Below are positions 58,362-64,000 of a stretch of DNA of 64,000 nt, in pieces (the stretch's first letter is position 1; every line of letters begins with the position of its first letter). The stretch is from the NCBI GenBank assembly GCA_964469335.1, contig CAYXYK010000003.1, positions 132,674 to 196,673 of the forward strand, read 5' to 3'. Source of the DNA: an uncultured Candidatus Saccharibacteria bacterium. GTDB taxonomy: Bacteria > Patescibacteriota > Minisyncoccia > Phycocordibacterales > UBA6899. The position numbers and the translations under genes are program-made. The notes below the pieces were generated by a model. It worked only from the letters and a program-made list of their open reading frames with translations. It made no database searches and was not told the DNA's origin.

Positions 58362-61300
58362 ATGTTAATTACTCATATTATGGAGGCAATCAATAAGAAG
58401 TATTTCGGTCTGTACAAGGAGCCCTTGGCAGACATCCCGAATCTCGTCGAGATGCAGAAGAAGTCGTACGACTGGCTCGTGAAGTACGGACTCGCGGAAG
58501 TGTTCAAGGAGTTCTCTCCGATCCGCGACTATTCCGGCAAGAAGTTCGAACTCGAGTTCGCGGGCTTCGAGCTCGCCGAGCCGCGCTTCGACGAACATTT
58601 CGCACGCGAGAACAAGCTCTCGTACGAAACCACTCTTCGCGCACGCGTGAAGCTCGTTAACAAGACACTCGGTGTCGAGAAGGAGCAGGAGATCTTCATG
58701 GCGGAATTCCCGGTCGCGACCGACCGCGGTACGTTCATCGTCAACGGCGTCGAGCGCGTCGTCGTCCCTCAGCTCGCTCGCTCATTCGGTATCTTCTTCA
58801 CCGCTCAGGAACTCAAGGCCGGCCGCTTCTTCGGAGCGAAGGTCATCCCGAGCCGTGGTGCATGGATCGAGATCGAGACCGACTCGGACGAGGTCGTCTG
58901 GGTCAAGATCGACCGCAAGCGCAAGTTCCCGGTCACCTCACTCCTGCGCATCTTCGGACAGTGTTCAGACGCTGAGATCCTGAAGGCATACGCCGGAGAT
59001 CCCGAGGCAAAGCGCTACATCGAGAAGACACTTGCGAAGGATCCCGCAAAGAGCCTCGAAGAGTCCTACGTCGAGACCTATCGCCGCCTCCGCGACGGTG
59101 ACGTCACCACCACACAGAACGCACGCGAACTCATCGATGCGATGTTCGCTCGCGAACGCTATGACCTCTCCTCAGTAGGTCGTTTTCGCTTCAACAAACG
59201 CTTCGGGAAGCCGATGACCGACAAGGCGCTCGAAGGCCGCGTTCTCACCTTCGATGACCTCATCACCACCGTCGGACACGTCGCGAAACTCAACCACATG
59301 AAGGGTGCTCAGGAAGATGATATCGATCACCTCGGTTCTCGCCGCGTCCGCTACGTCGGAGAGATGCTCCAGGCAAAGCTCCGCGTCGGTATGACTCAGA
59401 TGAAGCGCAACATCCAGGACCGCATGTCGACCGTTGAGACCGACACCGTCCTCCCGATCAACTTCGTTTCCCCACGACCGCTGCAGGCACGCCTCAAGGA
59501 ATTCTTCACCACCAACCAGCTCTCGCAGCTGATGAGTCAGAAGAACGTCCTCGATGAGGTCGAGCACCTCCGCACCTGTTCTGCGATGGGTCCCGGCGGA
59601 CTCACCAAGGAGCGTGCAGGCCTCGAGGTCCGCGACGTGCATCCGTCACACTACGGACGCCTCTGCCCGATCCACACTCCGGAAGGTCCGAACATCGGTC
59701 TCGTCCTCCGTCTTTCCGCATACGCCCGCGTCAACGACTTCGGTGTCATCGAGACTCCGTACGTCCGCGTCGAGAAGGGACAGATCACCGGCAAGATCGA
59801 ATACTTGAATGCGCTCGAAGAAGAGCAATACACCATCGCACACGCAGCGACTCCGTATGATGACAAGAAGTTCATCATTTCCCCTCGTGTCGAAGCACGT
59901 GTCGCAGGTTCTCCGGGTATGGTCGACCGCGACAAGGTCGATTTCATCGACGTCGCGACCAACCAGGCATTCTCGACCGCAACTTCGTCGATTCCGTTCC
60001 TCGAACACAACGACGCCAACCGCGCACTCATGGGTTCCAACATGCAGAAGCAAGCGACCCCGGTCATCATCCCGCAGGCTCCGATCGTCGCGACCGGTAT
60101 GGAGGCACGCATCGCGCGTGACTCAGGCCGCGTCATCCTCGCAGAGAGTGACGGTACCATCAAAGAAGTCGACGCGAAGCACATCGTCTTCAAGGCGAAC
60201 AACGGCAACGAAAAGGAGTACAAGCTCATCAATTTCGTGATGACCAACGACGCCACCGTCTTCCATCAGCGCCCGATCGTCTCGGTCGGCGACAAGGTGA
60301 AGAAGGGCGACGTCCTCGCAGACACCTCCACTTCGGATCGCGGAGAGATGGCACTCGGACAGAACCTCCTCGTCGCATTCATGTCATGGGGCGGTGCGAA
60401 CTACGAAGACGCCATCATCCTTTCAGAGCGTCTCGTTCGTGAGTCGATCCTCACTTCCATTCATATAGAGAAATTCGTCGTCAATGTGCGCGACACCAAG
60501 CTTGGACCCGAAATCACCACTCCTGATATCCCCAATGTCGGTGAAGCAAAGCTCAAGGATCTCGATCACGAAGGTATCGTGCGCATCGGTGCAGAAGTGC
60601 GCCCGGGCGACATCCTCGTCGGTAAGATCACTCCGAAGGGTGAAGCACAGCTCACTCCTGAAGAGCGCCTTCTTCGCTCCATCTTCGGAGAGAAGGCACG
60701 CGACGTGAAGGACACCTCACTCCGCATGGAGCACGGCAAGCGCGGTCGCGTCATCGGCGTGAAGGTTTTCACTCGCGAGAAGGGTGACAACCTCGAGTCC
60801 GGCATCATCAAGCGTATCTACATCGAAGTCGCACAGCTCCGCAACATCTCGGTCGGTGACAAGCTCGCAGGTCGCCACGGTAACAAGGGTGTGATCTCAA
60901 AGAGCCTCCCGATCGAAGAGATGCCGTACATGGCAGACGGTACTCCTGTCGACGTGATCCTCACGCCGCTCGGTGTTCCTTCCCGTATGAACCTCGGACA
61001 GATCTTCGAGCTTCACCTCGGACTCGCAGCAGCAAAGCACGGCTACCAGGCGATCACTCCTTCATTCCTCGGTGTTACCGAAGAGGAGATCCGCGCTGAG
61101 CTCAAATCGGCCGGTTACCGCGAGGACGGCAAGATGAAACTCTTCGATGGCCGCACCGGCGAAGCGTTCGAACAGGACATTTCAGTCGGCTACATGTATA
61201 TCTTGAAACTGCACCACATGGTGGAGGACAAGATCCACATGCGCTCGATCGGCCCGTACTCACTCATCACGCAGCAGCCGCTCGGTGGTAAAGCACAAGG

Positions 61301-61553
61301 CGGAGGCCAGCGTTTCGGTGAAATGGAAGTGTGGGCGCTCCAGGGCTATGGTGCCGCTCATATTCTCCGCGAAATGCTCACCGTTAAATCGGATGATATT
61401 CTCGGTCGCTCCGCAGCCTTCGACGCGATAGTCAAAGGCCGTAATATCCGCGAACCGAACCTTCCGGCAACATTCCACGTATTACTCAACTCACTTCGCG
61501 GGCTCGCGCTCGATGTCGACCTGGTGAAAGAAGATAGAGACGAAGTCGTCTAA
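58362..61553 (+). CDS. rpoB: DNA-directed RNA polymerase subunit beta (compact, 1063 aa)
   Basis: Rif-cluster region and conserved blocks GMEVWALQGYGAAHILREMLTVKSDD and NLLVAFM.WGGANYEDAI. GGAGG lies 4 nt before the ATG. Confidence 0.9.
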   Translation: MLITHIMEAINKKYFGLYKEPLADIPNLVEMQKKSYDWLVKYGLAEVFKEFSPIRDYSGKKFELEFAGFELAEPRFDEHFARENKLSYETTLRARVKLVNKTLGVEKEQEIFMAEFPVATDRGTFIVNGVERVVVPQLARSFGIFFTAQELKAGRFFGAKVIPSRGAWIEIETDSDEVVWVKIDRKRKFPVTSLLRIFGQCSDAEILKAYAGDPEAKRYIEKTLAKDPAKSLEESYVETYRRLRDGDVTTTQNARELIDAMFARERYDLSSVGRFRFNKRFGKPMTDKALEGRVLTFDDLITTVGHVAKLNHMKGAQEDDIDHLGSRRVRYVGEMLQAKLRVGMTQMKRNIQDRMSTVETDTVLPINFVSPRPLQARLKEFFTTNQLSQLMSQKNVLDEVEHLRTCSAMGPGGLTKERAGLEVRDVHPSHYGRLCPIHTPEGPNIGLVLRLSAYARVNDFGVIETPYVRVEKGQITGKIEYLNALEEEQYTIAHAATPYDDKKFIISPRVEARVAGSPGMVDRDKVDFIDVATNQAFSTATSSIPFLEHNDANRALMGSNMQKQATPVIIPQAPIVATGMEARIARDSGRVILAESDGTIKEVDAKHIVFKANNGNEKEYKLINFVMTNDATVFHQRPIVSVGDKVKKGDVLADTSTSDRGEMALGQNLLVAFMSWGGANYEDAIILSERLVRESILTSIHIEKFVVNVRDTKLGPEITTPDIPNVGEAKLKDLDHEGIVRIGAEVRPGDILVGKITPKGEAQLTPEERLLRSIFGEKARDVKDTSLRMEHGKRGRVIGVKVFTREKGDNLESGIIKRIYIEVAQLRNISVGDKLAGRHGNKGVISKSLPIEEMPYMADGTPVDVILTPLGVPSRMNLGQIFELHLGLAAAKHGYQAITPSFLGVTEEEIRAELKSAGYREDGKMKLFDGRTGEAFEQDISVGYMYILKLHHMVEDKIHMRSIGPYSLITQQPLGGKAQGGGQRFGEMEVWALQGYGAAHILREMLTVKSDDILGRSAAFDAIVKGRNIREPNLPATFHVLLNSLRGLALDVDLVKEDRDEVV

Positions 61554-61579
61554 AAGTTATTCATTAAATCAACATCCAT

Positions 61580-64000
61580 ATGAAAAACCCAATCACAGAC
61601 TTCAACGCAATCTCCATTCGCCTCGCATCGCCGGAGCGCATGAAAGAATGGTCGTACGGTGAGATCACCAAGCCGGAGACCATCAACTACCGCACCCAGC
61701 GCTCAGAGCGCGGAGGCCTCTTCGACGAGAGAATATTCGGACCTGAAAAGGATTTCGAATGCTACTGCGGTAAGTATCGCGGTATCCGCTTCAAGGGCAT
61801 CATTTGTGAGAAGTGTGGTGTCGAGATCACTCGCGCCATCGTTCGCCGTGAGCGCATGGGCCACATCGAGCTCGCAGCTCCGGTCTCACACATCTGGTTC
61901 CTGCGCGGTATTCCGTCACGTATCGGACTCCTCCTCAATCTTCCGGTCGCTGAACTCGAGAAGGTCATCTACTTCGCTGCCTACGTCATCACCAACGTGA
62001 ACGAGACAGAGAAGGCGAACCTCCTCAAGGAACTCGACAGCGAGTACAAGTCGAAGGTGAAGTCACTCGAAGCAAAGGGCGCAAAGGACAAGATGAAGGA
62101 GCTCCTCACTGCAGCAAAGAAAGAGATCGAGTCGATCAAGGTCGGACTTATCCTCGACGAGATGACCTACCACAAGTACTCACTCAAGTATTCGTCCGCA
62201 TTCGAAGCTGGCATCGGCGCAGAAGCGGTCTTCCAGATGTTCAAGCGCATCGACCTCAAGAAGCTCGAAGCAGCACTCGAGACATCACTCGAGAAGGCTG
62301 GTGCAGTCGAGCGTGCAAAGCTGTACAAGCGCCTCGCGCTCGTCCGTGCAATGCTTCGCTCAGGTGTTCGCCCAGAGTGGATGTTCCTCTCCGTCATTCC
62401 GGTCATCCCTCCAGGACTTCGCCCGATGGTCGCTCTCGAAGGAGGCCGCCATGCAACTTCTGACGTGAACGATCTTTATCGCCGCGTCATCAACCGCAAC
62501 AACCGCTTGAAGAAACTCCTCGAGATCGACGCACCTGAAGTCATTCTCCGCAACGAGAAGCGTATCCTCCAGGAAGCAGTCGATGCCCTGATCGACAACT
62601 CGATCCGCCACGGCTCGACCTCGGCAGCTATGTCGCAGACCCAGCGCCGCCAGCTCAAGTCCCTCGCAGATACGCTTAAGGGTAAGTCGGGTCTCTTCCG
62701 CCAGAACCTCTTGGGTAAGCGTGTCGACTACTCAGGCCGCTCCGTCATCGTCGTCGGTCCTGACCTCAAGCTCAATCAGTGTGGTCTTCCGAAGCACATG
62801 GCACTCGAACTCTTCCGTCCGTTCGTGATCGCCAAGCTCCTCGAGCAAGGTCTCGCATTCAACATCCGTGGTGCCAACCGTCTCATCGACGAAGGTATCC
62901 CTGAAGTGTGGGCGAACCTCGAGACCGTCATCAAGGGTAAGTATGTCCTCCTCAACCGCGCACCGACACTGCACCGCCTCGGTATCCAGGCATTCAACCC
63001 GACGCTGATCGAAGGCAACGCGATCCAGGTCCATCCGCTCGTCTGTTCCGCGTTCAACGCAGACTTCGACGGAGACCAGATGGCCGTTCACGTTCCGCTC
63101 TCGGATCAAGCACAGGCAGAGGCACGCGAACTCATGGCCGCCAACAAGAACCTCCTCAAACCAGGTTCCGGCGACCCTGTGGTGAACCCAGGCCTCGACA
63201 TCGTGCTCGGCTGCTACTGGATGACCAAGGAAGTCACAGGTGAGAAGGGAGAAGGCAAGATCTTCCCGACACCGAACTCGGCGATCACCGCATATGATTT
63301 CGGTGTGGTCGGATTCCGCGCCAAGATCAAGGTGCTTGGTACCGATTCTCCGAAGTATGGCGCATTCGAAGGAAAGCCGTTCGACACCACCGTCGGTCGC
63401 CTCCTCTTCAACTCTGTCCTTCCGAAGGATTTCCCGTTCGTGAACAAAGAGGTGACCAAGAAGGATCTCGCCAACATGGTGGACGATCTCATCACCCGCT
63501 ATGGTATCGACGGCACTCCTGACGCACTCGACAAGATCAAGGCGTTCGGATACAAGTACGTCACCAAATCCGGTATCACCTGGTCACTCTCGGACGTGAA
63601 GGTCCCGGAAGAGAAGAAAGGCATCGTCGCTGCAGCCCGCAAGGCAGAGCAGGAGATCGTCGCCAACTGGTCTGAAGGTTTGCTTTCCAACGACGAGCGC
63701 TACGATCGCATCATCGAGATCTGGAAGAAGGTCGAGATCGATATCGAGAAGTTCGTTCCGAACGGTCTTCCGGTCAACGGTCCGGTCATGGACATGCTCT
63801 CCTCAGGTGCCCGCGGTAACATCAAGCAGGTGACCAAGATGGTCGGTATCAAGGGTCTTACCCAGGGTCCGTCCGGTCGTGTCATCGACTTCCCGATGGT
63901 GCCGTCACTCAAGGAAGGTCTCTCACCGCTCGAGTACTTCATCTCGACCCACGGTTCTCGTAAGGGTCTCACCGACACCGCGCTCAACACTGCGAAAGCA
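61580..64000 (+). CDS. rpoC: DNA-directed RNA polymerase subunit beta' (5' partial, continues past the window end)
   Basis: Starts 27 nt after rpoB. Zinc-binding CYCGKYRGIRFKGIICEKCGV and the catalytic NADFDGDQMAVH motif. Confidence 0.9.
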   Translation, partial: MKNPITDFNAISIRLASPERMKEWSYGEITKPETINYRTQRSERGGLFDERIFGPEKDFECYCGKYRGIRFKGIICEKCGVEITRAIVRRERMGHIELAAPVSHIWFLRGIPSRIGLLLNLPVAELEKVIYFAAYVITNVNETEKANLLKELDSEYKSKVKSLEAKGAKDKMKELLTAAKKEIESIKVGLILDEMTYHKYSLKYSSAFEAGIGAEAVFQMFKRIDLKKLEAALETSLEKAGAVERAKLYKRLALVRAMLRSGVRPEWMFLSVIPVIPPGLRPMVALEGGRHATSDVNDLYRRVINRNNRLKKLLEIDAPEVILRNEKRILQEAVDALIDNSIRHGSTSAAMSQTQRRQLKSLADTLKGKSGLFRQNLLGKRVDYSGRSVIVVGPDLKLNQCGLPKHMALELFRPFVIAKLLEQGLAFNIRGANRLIDEGIPEVWANLETVIKGKYVLLNRAPTLHRLGIQAFNPTLIEGNAIQVHPLVCSAFNADFDGDQMAVHVPLSDQAQAEARELMAANKNLLKPGSGDPVVNPGLDIVLGCYWMTKEVTGEKGEGKIFPTPNSAITAYDFGVVGFRAKIKVLGTDSPKYGAFEGKPFDTTVGRLLFNSVLPKDFPFVNKEVTKKDLANMVDDLITRYGIDGTPDALDKIKAFGYKYVTKSGITWSLSDVKVPEEKKGIVAAARKAEQEIVANWSEGLLSNDERYDRIIEIWKKVEIDIEKFVPNGLPVNGPVMDMLSSGARGNIKQVTKMVGIKGLTQGPSGRVIDFPMVPSLKEGLSPLEYFISTHGSRKGLTDTALNTAKA

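Overview
This 64-kb window looks chromosomal and comes from a bacterium with roughly 55-60% GC that packs its genes tightly. Most genes are on the + strand and are separated by intrinsic terminators. Many promoters put the -10 box only 6-8 nt upstream of the ATG, which implies leaderless mRNAs. The -10 boxes read TAtACT, TAGAGT or TAGGAT and are often preceded by TG.

The recognisable housekeeping genes are dnaE (minus strand), rnhB, rpmF, a NusB-NUDIX fusion gene, rnc, ackA, xfp (phosphoketolase), a short hinge-less SMC-like ATPase, rnr (minus strand), rpsP, a KH-domain protein gene, trmD, msrA, msrB, rpoB and the 5' part of rpoC.

Three things stand out:
- At least nine copies of a roughly 105-190-bp intergenic element with terminal inverted repeats, resembling a miniature inverted-repeat element (MITE), sit 0-3 nt after the stop codons of + strand genes. 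Several copies share a central hairpin whose stem sequence changes in a compensating way between copies (for example ACGTAG/CTACGT versus CCGTAC/GTACGG). One copy has perfect 17-bp terminal inverted repeats.
- A 5.4-kb gene encodes an 1811-aa secreted protein inserted into the conserved rpsP-KH-(rimM)-trmD locus. It carries a duplicated beta-propeller-like domain, three SH3b-like modules, Pro/Thr linkers, a lectin/lyase-like domain and a C-terminal peptidoglycan-binding domain.
- An unassigned noncoding stretch of about 480 nt lies after smc. It contains a fragment resembling the 3' end of a tRNA (T-arm plus acceptor strand) and ends at an intrinsic terminator.

Other notable features:
- two islands of foreign base composition: an AT-rich gene at 8262-8960 and a roughly 70%-GC gene at 13356-14279
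- a tandem pair of paralogous small genes duplicated together with their terminator
- a nusB gene interrupted by a roughly 20-codon deletion plus a 1-nt frameshift
- a guanylate-kinase-like protein with a degenerate P-loop
- a MEMO-CapA fusion protein
- an extracytoplasmic methionine-sulfoxide repair cluster (CcdA-thioredoxin fusion, MsrA, MsrB and a Met-rich peptidoglycan-binding protein)
- an orphan sensor histidine kinase with low GC content

All functional calls come from reading motifs in the supplied translations and sequence. No database search was possible.
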